A stretch of 63,747 nucleotides of DNA, counting the filler, from Octopus bimaculoides (taxonomy: Eukaryota): assembly GCF_001194135.2 (NCBI RefSeq). It is 8 parts of 8 records of this genome, joined end to end, with 100 filler letters (N's around TTAATTAATTAA, not from the genome) between each part and the next. Parts side by side here need not be neighbours in the genome. Positions count along the whole stretch, not along the records: positions 34,466 to 45,093 come from NC_068984.1; positions 45,194 to 53,234 come from NC_068990.1; 6 more parts are not named here. One strand, 5' to 3'. The translations under genes and the position numbers were made by a program. The notes under the pieces are model-generated. The model searched no databases. It was not told the origin of the DNA and was given only the letters and a program-made list of their open reading frames with translations. Positions 35,907 to 48,729 of the stretch are shown one piece after another; position 1 is the first letter of the stretch; every line of letters begins with the position of its first letter.

Positions 35907-36540
35907 NNNNNNNNNNNNNNNNNNNNNNNNNNNNNNNNNNNNNNNNNNNNNNNNNNNNNNNNNNNNNNNNNNNNNNNNNNNNNNNNNNNNGTGGGTGGGT
36001 GGGTGTGCACTTGCACATGTGCCTGCATACATGTTTAGGCTGTTGATGCACAAAAATTATGAATTTATGCTGGAGGTGAGTGAAGTGGAAATGTTTACTG
36101 AAAAGCCATGCTGGGTCCTACAGGCTTGATACTGCATGCAGTATTTAACATGCCAGTTAATAGGCTTGCAATACAAATCCTGATGTATGCCACATTAATT
36201 CTACCGAGCACATTTATCCCTTCCTATAAAGGCATGATAAAAGAGATCTCTCCCAAATACAAAAGGAGGAAGGGTTTTAAATCAACAGTCTTGTGGAGGC
36301 ATTCACATTGAAGGTAAATAAAATCTGACACTGAGTGATCATTGATTCAATAAATCCTTTTGTGTTAAGATGGACAGAGCTTTACTACAGTGATAGATTG
36401 ATGCCAACCAGACTTGGCACTTCTTGGTGCTGAATTGAAAATCAGTTGACCAAACCAACTTGGAATAACAGAGCTATAACAAGGGTATTCATATATTTGC
36501 ATGAATGCATATGCACTCAGTCATATATACATATGAAGGG

Positions 36541-36588
<48 letters not shown>

Positions 36589-36589
36589 G

Positions 36590-36646
<57 letters not shown>

Positions 36647-38300
36647 TGGTATATTTACATATATTTGTAATCAGTCAATGATGCTGGTTCAAATTCTATT
36701 TAACAACCAATGATTTATCAAGTGTCAAGCTAGTGATTATTCAATCAAGATGGAGAATTTGCCAAACTATTGTTTAAACCATCTGACTACTTCTCTGCAT
36801 AGTTCTGCTGGTTTTATGATATGTTAAAACAGAGAAAATTATAAGAAATCATACACATATCTAATAGATATATACCAAATTATGCAACACTCAAGCATCT
36901 CAACATTTTGCAACCTGACTTATACCAGAAGTCTTTAATTGAGTAGAAGCATCTATGAAGTTGGTTTACATATTTACATGCTAAAAATAGTAGCCAAATC
37001 TTTCTCAAATTACACAGGGAAGATATTTTGCATAATATGAACCTAGAATGATTCTGATCAAAGAGTTGCTGCAGGATGACTGATCGGGGATTGAAAAACA
37101 ACAAAAGCAGCATCAAAAACAACAAAAATGATTTACCAACTATTTCAAATGCCCAGAAACCTTGCTTTATGAGTAACATATTAAACTGATCTAACAGTCA
37201 AATGATCATCATTTTAGTATTACGATAGTTCTATGAAAAAATACTACATGGTAGAACTAAATGGTTATATAAAAGTGTGGAATAATAGGTAGAAATGCCT
37301 ACCACTATTAAGTTTCCCCCTAAACTAAATACACATACACACACACATAAAGAGAGAAAGTTATGTATATTTAAGCTTCAGGATTTATATCAAATACTTA
37401 TAGCTGCTTCATATAGTTGATAAAGGTGAAACCTTTCCCTAGGCCTGATTACCTTCAATGTAATCAGCTTAATTTTTTTTTCCTTCTGTAAAGATTAAAA
37501 GAAAAGCCAGCTGTATACAGAAAATCAAAACAAAAAAAAACGGTAAAATTGAGAATCATATTAAATTTTTTTTTTTAATGTATATAAGCATCGAAGATAA
37601 GCTAAGTGTGCCACAGTTTTGTACAAAGACGAGACCTTAGGCATGTGAATAAAAATGTTGAACTGAAAAATATATTTTTATATCCAGACAATCTAATCAA
37701 ATAAATTTTGTGTGAAAATGTTTATATAGAATGAAGTTAATCATTCATTACTTTGCTTATAGCATTTGTTCTAACCAGCTACCAAATACATTGGATGAAA
37801 ATAGTTTGGTTTAGAGGAATTACTTTCTCTTACCTAGTGTGAACTGAAAGAATTCTCCATCACAGCATTCATGATCTGCAGAAGCCAAAAGATAATTGCC
37901 TGACTTTGTGTAGAAACTGGCTTTTGATTACAAGAACCTATTAAAACATATCAGAAAAAAGATCAGAAAAAAAAGATCAGAAAGGGATGAAATCTATAGA
38001 AGGGGAAAAAGAATTAATACAATAATGAGTTACTAAGAATTGTATAGTGAGAGCCTGAAGAGACAGTCTTAAATTCCATAAGTGAAAAATCCACAATTTA
38101 AAAATTTTCCTTTTCTTTTATAAATAGTAATTTAGTAAGGAATTAATCCTTGTATTTGTTGTGTAATCCTAACTAATTGTTCTGGAACATAACACTAATA
38201 GATTAATTTTTAGTCAAATATTTATATCCCATACAATTGGTGTGTCAAACTGTTAAACCTTTACCATTTAAACCAGTTATTTCTGGCCCAAATGTTCTAC

Positions 38301-38970
38301 AGAATGAAAGGTAGATTGTACGAGGCCTGTGTGTGAACAGCTATGGTATTTGGCAGTGAAACATGGGCTGTGACAGCTGAGGGCGTGGGTAGGCATGAAA
38401 GAAATGAAGCTAGTATGTTTCGCTGGATGTGCAATGTCAGTGTGTATGTTTGACAAAGTCTAAGCATCTTGAGAGAAAAGTCAGGATTAAGAGGCATCAG
38501 ATGTGGTGTGCAAGAGGGATGACTGTGCTTGTATGGGCATTTGATATGTATGGACGAGAACAGCTGTGTAAAGAAGTGATGATCTCTAAATGAGGAGGGA
38601 ACCTGTGGTAAAGGTAAACTCAGGAAGATATAGGACGAGGAGAAGCATGATCTTCGAACATTGGGCCTCACAGAGCAATGACTGGTGACTGAGACCTTTG
38701 GCATTATGTCATGCTTGAGAAGAAGACCCATTGGGCAATGTAAAATTGCAGTTGTGGCAGATACTGGTGTCACACAAATGGCACCCATGCCAGTACCATG
38801 TAAGAGCACTCGTTACATTCTCAGAGTGGTTGGCATTAGGAAGGGCATCCGGCTGTAGAAACTGTGCCAAATCAGACTGGAGTCTGGTGCAGCCTTCCAG
38901 CTTGCAAGCCCCGGTCGAATTGTCCAACCTATGCCAGCATGGACAACAGATGTTAAATGATGATGATGAT
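38301..38970 (+). mobile_element. 5'-truncated RTE-clade LINE (ORF C-terminus + 3' UTR + (GAT)n tail)
   Basis: RMKGRLYEACV*TAMVFGSETWAVT..RNEASMFRWMCNV..LRGIRCGVQEG*LCLYGHL..MDENSCVKK; followed by the tail shared with 34466-34640. Confidence 0.85.
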
Positions 38971-39689
38971 GAAGGAGTTATATATAGAAGGGGTGAAATC
39001 AGCATGTGTGTTTATGTTGTTTATGTTGTGTCCCTTTATATTTCGTAATGTAGCAGCTTGTGGGTGCTCTGGTATAGCAGTAACACATTCTGTAACACCA
39101 ATAAAAAGTTTGAGAAATGAAACTAGGTGTGCAACAACATCATTTCACTCAAATATCTTAAATGTCTTAAAAGTGTATTCTTTTGTGTTTAGTTCATAAT
39201 ATTTTGGTAAGTCCTGGGTTAATTCTTTACAATTATGTAACAGAATGGGAGTACACAGTGAAATTTGATCTGATAGTGGGTCTCCCTCCACCCTCTCTCT
39301 CTCTCATACACTCACACAACCACTTACACAAAACACGTATGCACAAATTGATTTTTACTGTTTGGTTCCTAACATAACCAGACTGACTGCTGGAGTGGCA
39401 GTAATGAAGTGAGGTTGAAGATGTAATTAATATAATTTGATTATTGTGCCTTCCTTATGTTGATTCCCTTTCATTACAATTCTCATTAGCTTCAATGGTG
39501 TGGAGGCTTGCATCATCAGTGTCATCATCATCATTGATACAAGCAACATAACCACTTACCTTATTCACTACCACTAACAGTATTCCAATGTATATTATAA
39601 TTGTCGACATCATTATCACCACTGCTCTCATCACAATCATTGTCACCAATTGAAATAACTGTTACTAGTATTATTACTAGAAGCCAATG

Positions 39690-39795
39690 AATAAGCCTTC
39701 ACTCGGTCCCCTGGCTTGTTAGAAATAGCAGCCAAATTTTCATCAAACCATACCATTGAAAAATACGGGGATGTATTGGACAATGCAGTCCCTAT
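39690..39795 (+). mobile_element. Remnant of a further SINE-like repeat
   Basis: TTAGAAATAGCAGCCAAATTTTCATCAAACCATACC loosely matches the reverse complement of 45610-45660. Confidence 0.4.
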
Positions 39796-39904
39796 CATCA
39801 TCATCATTGTTGTAGTTATCGTCGTCATTGTTCTCGTTGTCATCATCGTCATCATCATCATAATCATCATCATCATTATTGTCATCGTCCTCCTACTCAT
39901 CATC

Positions 39905-40040
39905 ATCTAACGGCTGCTTTCCATGCTGGCATGAGTTGGATGGTTTGACAGGAGCTGACCAGCTGGGGAGCTGCCCAGTTTCCAATTATCTATTTTGCCA
40001 TGGTTTCTATGGCTAGGTGACCTTCCTAAAAACAACCACC
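39905..40040 (-). mobile_element. RTE-type 3' tail
   Basis: CATCATCTAACGGCTGCTTTCCATGCTGGCATGAGTTGGATGG is the reverse complement of the tail at 34590-34640. Confidence 0.65.
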
Positions 40041-41311
40041 TCACAGAGGGACATGACCGATTTTTCTCAGTCAGGGTTAAAAAAAAAAAAGTAAGAGCAA
40101 TAACAATTATATCACTTAACACACCTTTACTACTGCGGCAATCTTCAGTAATTTCAATAAGAGCCTATCCTCAATACTTAGATTCACCATCATCACCATC
40201 AGCATTAACAGTTCTTATGTGGTTGATAGACTTGCAAGAAACAATAGTCAAGTTTCTTTCATGTTACAACTTATTCATTTATAAAAGGTAAGATATATTA
40301 TTGCTGTTCCTGGAATATATATCTGTAAGGGCAACATGAGCATGGCTTAAGTAACATCAGCACTGCCATGTCATCGTTCTCATCTCCAAAGTTATTAGCA
40401 TCCTTTTTACCACCACCACCACCACCATACACTTCCTCACCCTCCTCTTCCCTTCTTCTTCCTTTCCTCCTCCTTCTCCTTTCATCACCCCCCCCCCCNN
40501 NNNNNNNNNNNNNNNNNNNNNNNNNNNNNNNNNNNNNNNNNNNNNNNNNNNNNNNNNNNNNNNNNNNNNNNNNNNNNNNNNNNNNNNNNNNNNNNNNNNN
40601 NNNNNNNNNNNNNNNNNNNNNNNNNNNNNNNNNNNNNNNNNNNNNNNNNNNNNNNNNNNNNNNNNNNNNNNNNNNNNNNNNNNNNNNNNNNNNNNNNNNN
40701 NNNNNNNNNNNNNNNNNNNNNNNNNNNNNNNNNNNNNNNNNNCCCCCTCCCCCTCCTCTCATCAATGTCATCACAAGTATCCAGCACATGTATCTTTGCA
40801 ATCACCACTACATGCCTTCTTACAACCATTTAACAATAATAACAAATTTACCAGCACCACCATCGACAGCAACAGCAGCAACACCATTATTATCTCTTGA
40901 CCATCATTAGCAGCATCACCATCAACAGCAGCAGCATCGCCATTATTAACTCTAGACCATCATTAGCATTAGCAGCATCACCATTATCCCAACTTCTCCA
41001 CCATCAATGCCAATGCTATTTCCTCAACCATCAGCACCCCACTTCATCACCACCTTCCCATTTTTCATCAACAGCACTATTACCACTAACACTACACCCC
41101 ACCAACCTCTCCCTTCACACCACCAACACTATTACCTCCACCACTATCAACACCACCGTCTTCCCCATCACCCCACTATCAAATTCCCATTTAATCTCAA
41201 TTCTGTTAATAACATTCATCATGTTTCTCCAATGGCTTAATATTCTCCAGATTAAGGCAATCAGTCTGATTGACAAACCATAATTGCCATGGACAAGGAG
41301 CATCTCACTCT

Positions 41312-41353
<42 letters not shown>

Positions 41354-41899
41354 GATATGTATGTTTATTAGTGAGTGTATATATATGTACTTGTGTTTGT
41401 ATGCATGTGTATGTATGTATATATGTGTATAAGTATACCAATGTATGTGCGAGTGTGTATATACATGCATGCCGATATTGCGCATGTGTACGTGTGGATG
41501 TATCTATGCAAATATATGTGTTTTTGTATGCATAGATATATACATGCATGTTTCTCTGCACATATGTATGTATGTTATGTGTGTGTATGTATATATATAT
41601 ATATGCATATAGTTGCATGATTTGTATGTTTGTTTGCAAGTTTTCTCTTCTTTTAGAAATTCATTTTGACTGGCCTCTTACTCTGTGAAAAGATTTTAAC
41701 GAAAAGATTTTCTTAAAAGACAAAAGTGGGGTTTTGTTCTCTCATTGTCCTTTGTGCAACCATTTAAATTTTATAAAGATCATGCAGATTTTTCTGTTTG
41801 AAATATCACAATCATCTGTAATTTATAAATTATGGAAGCATATTCTTTCTCTAAGAATCCCAGTTCAGCCATACTTTGTTCCAAGAAGATTGGCACTCT

Positions 41900-42110
41900 C
41901 ACACACACACACACACACACACACTGTCTCTCAGTCTGTCTGTCCCTGTCTCTCAATCTGCCTGTCTCTGTCTCTCAGTCTGTCTGTCTCTCAGTCTGTC
42001 TGTCTCTGTCTCTCTGCCTGTCTGTCTCTGTCTCTCATTCTGTCTGTCTGTCTGTCTGTCTGTCTCTGTCTCTCAGTCTGTCTTTCTCTGTCGCTGTCTT
42101 TCTCTTCCTC
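41900..42110. repeat. Compound (CA)n/(CTGT)n/(CT)n low-complexity array
   Basis: Directly visible. Confidence 0.9.
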
Positions 42111-42739
42111 TAATTATAGTGGATTTACAGCTGTAAATTTAATTTAGATAATGGATTGCAGACTCCTCATCATTGCTTCATAGATTCTACTTTCTTACCT
42201 TTGATCTTTCACCTGTTTCAGACATTGGACTATGGCCATGCTAGGTGATCACCTTCAAAGGTTCAAATAAATAAATCAACTCTACGACTTTAATTTTTAG
42301 GTTTAATATTATTCCATTGATCTCTTTTGTCAAACCACTATGTTACAGATACACACACATATTAAACTAATTTTAAAGCTTTAGAAGGGGAGACAAACGC
42401 AAACACATACAACCTACCCTACACACACACATATATATACATATATATATATATANNNNNNNNNNNNNNNNNNNNNNNNNNNNNNNNNNNNNNNNNNNNA
42501 TATATACACCTACACACATACCTAGAAGTCCTTTTTAATGTCAACCACTTTACAGAGTATAGTGGATGGGTTTTCTTGAGAACAGCAAGGTGTCAGATCA
42601 TATGCATCATCAACCATCATCACCACCAAGACCCGCTCACCCCACAACGCAATTGAGATCCTAAAACCAAGATACTGCATCAAAAGTACTGGTGGTGATG
42701 CTACATTAAAAGAACTGGTGATGGTGTCACATGAAAAGC

Positions 42740-42912
42740 AGCCAATACCTTCTGTTGAGTGCTTGGTATTAGGAAAGGCATCCAGCTGTAGAAACCAAGC
42801 TAAAACAGACTATGAAACCTGTTACAGCTCCTGCTCCTGCCAGTTTCTGTCAAGCAGTCCAACCCATACCAGCATGGAAAATGGATGTTAAATGTCGATG
42901 ATGTTGATGATG
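42740..42912 (+). mobile_element. Decayed RTE-type 3' tail
   Basis: TTAGGAAAGGCATCCAGCTGTAGAAACC..CCAACCCATACCAGCATGGAAAATGGATGTTAAATG. Confidence 0.7.
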
Positions 42913-42915
42913 ATA

Positions 42916-42966
<51 letters not shown>

Positions 42967-44303
42967 GGGATAATACTCTAAATTTACTGGTAAAAATTCA
43001 ATTAAATTCAATTTATCAAAAATTAAAATTAAATTAAGTTTCACAGTATATCTATCTATATATATAAAAATGAGAATGTGTGTCNNNNNNNNNNNNNNNN
43101 NNNNNNNNNNNNNNNNNNNNNNNNNNNNNNNNNNNNNNNNNNNNNNNNNNNNNNNNNNNNNNNNNNNNNNNNNNNNNNNNNNNNNNNNNNNNNNNNNNNN
43201 NNNNNNNNNNNNNNNNNNNNNNNNNNNNNNNNNNNNNNNNNNNNNNNNNNNNNNNNNNNNNNNNNNNNNNNNNNNNNNNNNNNNNNNNNNNNNNNNNNNN
43301 NNNNNNNNNNNNNNNNNNNNNNNNNNNNNNNNNNNNNNNNNNNNNNNNNNNNNNNNNNNNNNNNNNNNNNNNNNNNNNNNNNNNNNNNNNNNNNNNNNNN
43401 NNNNNNNNNNNNNNNNNNNNNNNNNNNNNNNNNNNNNNNNNNNNNNNNNNNNNNNNNNNNNNNNNNNNNNNNNNNNNNNNNNNNNNNNNNNNNNNNNNNN
43501 NNNNNNNNNNNNNNNNNNNNNNNNNNNNNNNNNNNNNNNNNNNNNNNNNNNNNNNNNNNNNNNNNNNNNNNNNNNNNNNNNNNNNNNNNNNNNNNNNNNN
43601 NNNNNNNNNNNNNNNNNNNNNNNNNNNNNNNNNNNNNNNNNNNNNNNNNNNNNNNNNNNNNNNNNNNNNNNNNNNNNNNNNNNNNNNNNNNNNNNNNNNN
43701 NNNNNNNNNNNNNNNCACATATATACATATATATACATGCATACAGATATCTATACATATATACACCCATCACACACAAACACATGCACACAAACACACA
43801 CATTAGTCATTTGTTTTCTTATCCAAAACTACGTCAAAAGTACTGAACGGACCTTTATGAAATTTGGAAATTATATTCTATGTATAACGGCCATAACTCC
43901 CATGAAAATTCATATATTTTTGATGTTGATGAAATTTTAACCCGAACATAACAGATGAGCATTATTTGTAATTCAACGGTACAACAGTGTAAGACTACCC
44001 TTTCAGATATACTTACATTGTGATTTCTGCAATGTGGTGCATAAATTGTCAAGTAAATGAGACGCATCTTTGCCTCCACTGATTCACTTGCAAAGTGTTG
44101 AGTAAAATTATTTCGTTGCAGACATCTTCTGGGTCTTTTTATTATCACTGCGACACACATAGTCCCCAGTTGGTAACATTGATTTCAAGGCCCTCCTAGA
44201 TGAGAGACTGGCACACCACTTAATGTCTATGTTCCATGCTGGCATGGATTGGAGAGTTATTAATGTAGAATTATGGTATCGTAGCTACTAACAGTTGAGG
44301 GTT

Positions 44304-44374
44304 GCGTAGTCTAGACGGCGTTTTTAGATTTCATTATTCTCTTTAACGCTGGCAAAGCCGGGTATTTCTGCTAG
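44304..44374 (+). mobile_element. Helitron 3' terminus
   Basis: Subterminal GC hairpin followed by CTAG then T; near-identical to 53545-53615. Confidence 0.7.
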
Positions 44375-45054
44375 TAATATATAAATATATAATTTATAGA
44401 AAAGGACCAAAGTTCATGAACTCATCCATGAAAATCTACTGTCACATATAGAGAAAATTAATAAGTAAATACACTATAATGAAGTATAAAATTCAATGTA
44501 AAAATCATAAAATAATAATCATAAAACGACTACACGTGTTTCATAACCAAATTTTCATAGAAAATAAAATCAAATCGATTAGATCATTGGAAAATCAATT
44601 CTATTCAAAAATATACCTAATCTTCAGGTCAAAATACAAAGTTTTGATTTCAGTGACATGAATCTTTTTAGAACTCTTAAGGGAAAAAAATCAATGCAGT
44701 GATTCGAACAAACAGTCTAGCAATGCAAACAACACTCGACAAATTTTTCATTTAATGACATTGTTTATGTTCGTATTCGTGTATTCGCATATGTATGTAT
44801 TTTAATAAATACACATGTTTAATCAATCGGCCAATTTTGTCCCCTCAGTTAATAAATCTTTCGTTTAATAAATCCAAAATAGGCGGTCTCAAGATGAATT
44901 TAAAAAGCGGGGGTTTACTGTATTTGCCTACATAAAAGCCTACTAGCAAATATACTTATGTATGTATATCTTGGAGAAAAATCTAAAAGCATCACGGAGA
45001 GATTAAAAGTAATCTTGAAGCAATATGATGATAAAAATAATCCTCCATACTCTA

Positions 45055-45093
<39 letters not shown>

Positions 45094-45264
45094 NNNNNNN
45101 NNNNNNNNNNNNNNNNNNNNNNNNNNNNNNNNNNNNNTTAATTAATTAANNNNNNNNNNNNNNNNNNNNNNNNNNNNNNNNNNNNNNNNNNNNAGAGAGA
45201 GAGTCTTAATCAACCCAGCGAGAGGGCAAGAATTTTGTGAAGTTCGTGTCCAACACAACTACTG

Positions 45265-45300
<36 letters not shown>

Positions 45301-46284
45301 TTAGCACCACCATCACCAACAGCAACACTACCACCACCGCAGCCACTACTATTACATCTACTACTATGACTACAACTACTACTAATTGTTGTAATGACTT
45401 TTTTCGAAGACCACAGGTAAATATTCGAGCTTAACACTGCAAACCATCCATATACTAGCGAATTACACAGCGCCCCACCATATGTGGTAGTGAACTGTGC
45501 CTCCACAATATAGCATGAGGCAGAGCTTCTTGCTGTATATAGGCCTTTTCTTATGTGTTAGAAACCCGGCACTGCTTTATGTAACGTGCACTTCTTTTAC
45601 GAAGATGATTAGAGTGTGATTTGAGGAAGATATGGGTTCTATTACTAGCAGATCAATTGACCATGTAAAAGCTTCTTCGATGCCTGTGATATGAATTGAT
45701 GTTCATTTCTGGACGGAGTAGACTTAGCCCTAATGCGTTTAACTCCTGAGAAAGTGAAGTAATAACAATTGAGTAGTTAAATCAAAGGTACACCTACATT
45801 AATTAATTTATACTGCTTCGCAAACTGTTCAAATGAGGCAGTCATGGGCAAACTGCGGCCCACCAGACTCTGAATGGCACGGCTAATGAAAAACTACCTT
45901 AAATCATTTTTAGCGGTGTGGACCCCTTGATGATGAGCCACTGGAATAAAGCGGCACTATAGGCGGTGTTGGGGAGTTATATCAAATCCAGGTACAGTAT
46001 TTATAATGTAAATAACATTTTGATGCGAACTATTAAACTACGAATAAATTGTTGCGCTATCAGTGAGAAGAAATATGACATAATGTGCCAATATCCTATA
46101 AAATTGCTTTACCAAAGTATCTCACGAGTATTAGTAGTTTCGCTATAAATTCAGCATTGAGACCAACTAGCAGGGGCCGCGTAATCGTCCCCAACCATCG
46201 GGCATCGATTCAGTAACAAGCTATAGATCATATCGTAATCTAAAGGGTATTTTTACAGTATATATGTATTATATATGTAATATT

Positions 46285-47005
46285 TCTTTTACTTCTTTCG
46301 GTCATTTGACTGCGCTAATGCTAGTGCACTGCCTTGAAGGGCTTTAGTCGAACAAATCGACCCTAGTACTTATTCTATCTGTTCCTTTTGCCGAACTGCT
46401 ATGTTACGGAGATGTATACATACCAACGCCGGTTGTCAAGCAAGGACGGTGGACAAACATAGACGAAACACACACACACACACATCTATATATATATATA
46501 AACAATATATGAGTATATGCATATATATGTACATGTATGTACATACCTTCATCTACATGTACATATAGATACATAACTGGGTACATGACGTGGCAAAAGA
46601 ACATGGACAAAATGATAAACAAGGTTCAACAAACAAGCAAGCCACATAGAAACATCTCCTTCATCAGCTGCCACCATTAAAACACCGGCGTTTCGAAGAA
46701 TTAAGGCAGTACGCATCGTTGAAATGGTTCTTCCCACGAACACAAATTAAATTATTTTCGTGGACGGTAGTGGCGGACGGAAAACGAGAGAGGAAAACGA
46801 AACGGTGAATGAACAAACAAGCAAAAAGGCTGTACAGCCAGACGTGAAGTATATATATATATATATATACACGACGGGGTTATTTCAGTTTCCACTCACA
46901 AGGCTTTAGTCAGCTCGGGGCTATAATAGAAGTCACTTGCCCACGATACCACGCAGTCGGGCTGAACTTGGACCCGTGTGTGGTTGAAAAGCAACCACAT
47001 GGCAT
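46285..47005 (-). mobile_element. SINE family A copy interrupted within its internal microsatellite by a ~350-bp unrelated segment (~46500-46849)
   Basis: Tail and body at 46285-46470, head at 46868-47005, with unrelated sequence between the (CA)(TA)n and (TA)n runs. Confidence 0.75.
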
Positions 47006-47415
47006 CTGTGCTTGATCCCTCGGTCCGTGAAGAACATCGTCTTACATGAAACCAGTCAGACCATGGAGCAAAACAAGGAATGACGGCCGAGTTTTGAGAT
47101 TGCAAGTGTGCATGTTGCTACGTGTATAATTACTGAGTGTTTTGTGAACCATTTCCAGTAATACGGGAGGTGCACACGTAGTAGCATAGGTCGACGTCGT
47201 CGTCGTCGTCGTCGTCGTTGTCATCATCATCATCATCGTGATTATGATGATGACAATGACCGTCATCACTGTCATGATCATGATCATCATTATCATTCTT
47301 CAACGTCACTAGCAATATTTTATTCAACTTCCTAATTACCAACACCGTGAGGCTAACCACTCTTGTATTCATCTCAACCTAAGCCGTCGTTTCCATGATC
47401 AGCATGATTTATCAC

Positions 47416-47465
<50 letters not shown>

Positions 47466-47589
47466 ATGTGTGTTTGTGTGTGTTGACGGGTGTGCGCGCG
47501 CAAGCAAGTGAGCGCGTGTACAGTGTTCGGTTGTGCGAAATTAAACTGGACACAAACTGAAAACAAGGGTCACGTATCGGTATCGATTT

Positions 47590-47602
47590 ACGCAGACAGT
47601 CG

Positions 47603-47669
<67 letters not shown>

Positions 47670-47885
47670 GACACGCACACAGCACACACATACACAAAAC
47701 ACGCACTCACACACTGCTCACGTACACGTATACATAAATATACGTATATACATCCATCCATACCTACGTCCATACATCCAAACACACATACATCCATACA
47801 TCTATCCATCCATCCGTCCATCCATCCATCCATCCATCCATACATACATACATACATACATACATACATACATACACGCATACAT
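47590..47885. repeat. Compound (CA)n/(CATC)n/(CATA)n microsatellite
   Basis: Directly visible. Confidence 0.9.
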
Positions 47886-48329
47886 ACAAGCGGTTATAAT
47901 GCTTCATCAGAAACATCATAACAATATAAAAACCCAGTTATTTTACAGACCCCGATAAAAAATAAAAAAAAATTCCCCGTATAACTAACTACACCATCCG
48001 TCGCCGAACCCCGAACATAATTAATGAAGGAATTAATAATTGCAATTTTCGAACAGCTGCATCATGTATCTTGGATAACCGATACTTGTGTAACTGAATT
48101 ATGCTTAAAGTAACCACAACTGAAAAACGAAAAACGCATCCAGTAATGTACTCTTAGATAACCTGCGTATGGGAAAATTAGCGGATGGGCAAGATTGGAA
48201 TGTCTCTGACGATAGGTCTCTCGACCAGAACAAACCAGGGGTTTAACAATATGAATAACAGTACGGCATAACGCATCGCTTTTCACTATTTTGCAATTAT
48301 GCCTTCTGGTCCAATATTTGCTTTGTGCT

Positions 48330-48385
48330 TAAGAAGCTCGCTTTTTAACCACGTGGTCTTGGGTTCAGTCCCGCTGCGCGGCACA
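48330..48385 (+). mobile_element. SINE family A head fragment
   Basis: TAAGAAGCTCGCTTTTTAACCACGTGGTCTTGGGTTCAGTCCCGCTGCGCGGCAC. Confidence 0.7.
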
Positions 48386-48729
48386 TGATATATCTGTATC
48401 TATATATGCTCACGCGTGTGTGCGCACACGCGCACACACACACACGAACACACACACACATATACACATACACACCTACATCCATAGAGACGCTCTAAAC
48501 GCATACATGCATTCGCACACAGAAAAGCATAACGTCTATAAATATATATATGCACACATTCATAAATACACACACACACACACATACGCACACGCACAAA
48601 TATACACACACATACACACACACATTCACACCTGCACACACACTCATACATCCAAACATGTATAGACTGAAACAGCATCCTTCACAATTATGCCAAAGAC
48701 ATGGCTGAGATTCTGCAAAGTCCATCCTA

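Noticed and set aside
33909-36075. Plus-strand exon-like pieces (33909-33951 FTITTQEVWNNEGS; 36039-36075 LLMHKNYEFMLE with GTGAGT donor)
   Set aside because: No homology recognised, no consistent exon chain, and the strand conflicts with the minus-strand candidates nearby
40380-41200. CAC/CAT-rich region giving His/Thr/Ser-rich ORFs
   Set aside because: Degenerate trinucleotide low-complexity sequence, no coding evidence
44895-46200. Single pogo/Tigger-like end (GGGGTTTACTG|TA, ~44920) and hAT-like end (CAGTCATGGGCAAACTGCGGCCC, 45839)
   Set aside because: No convincing partner TIR or TSD; too little to call an element
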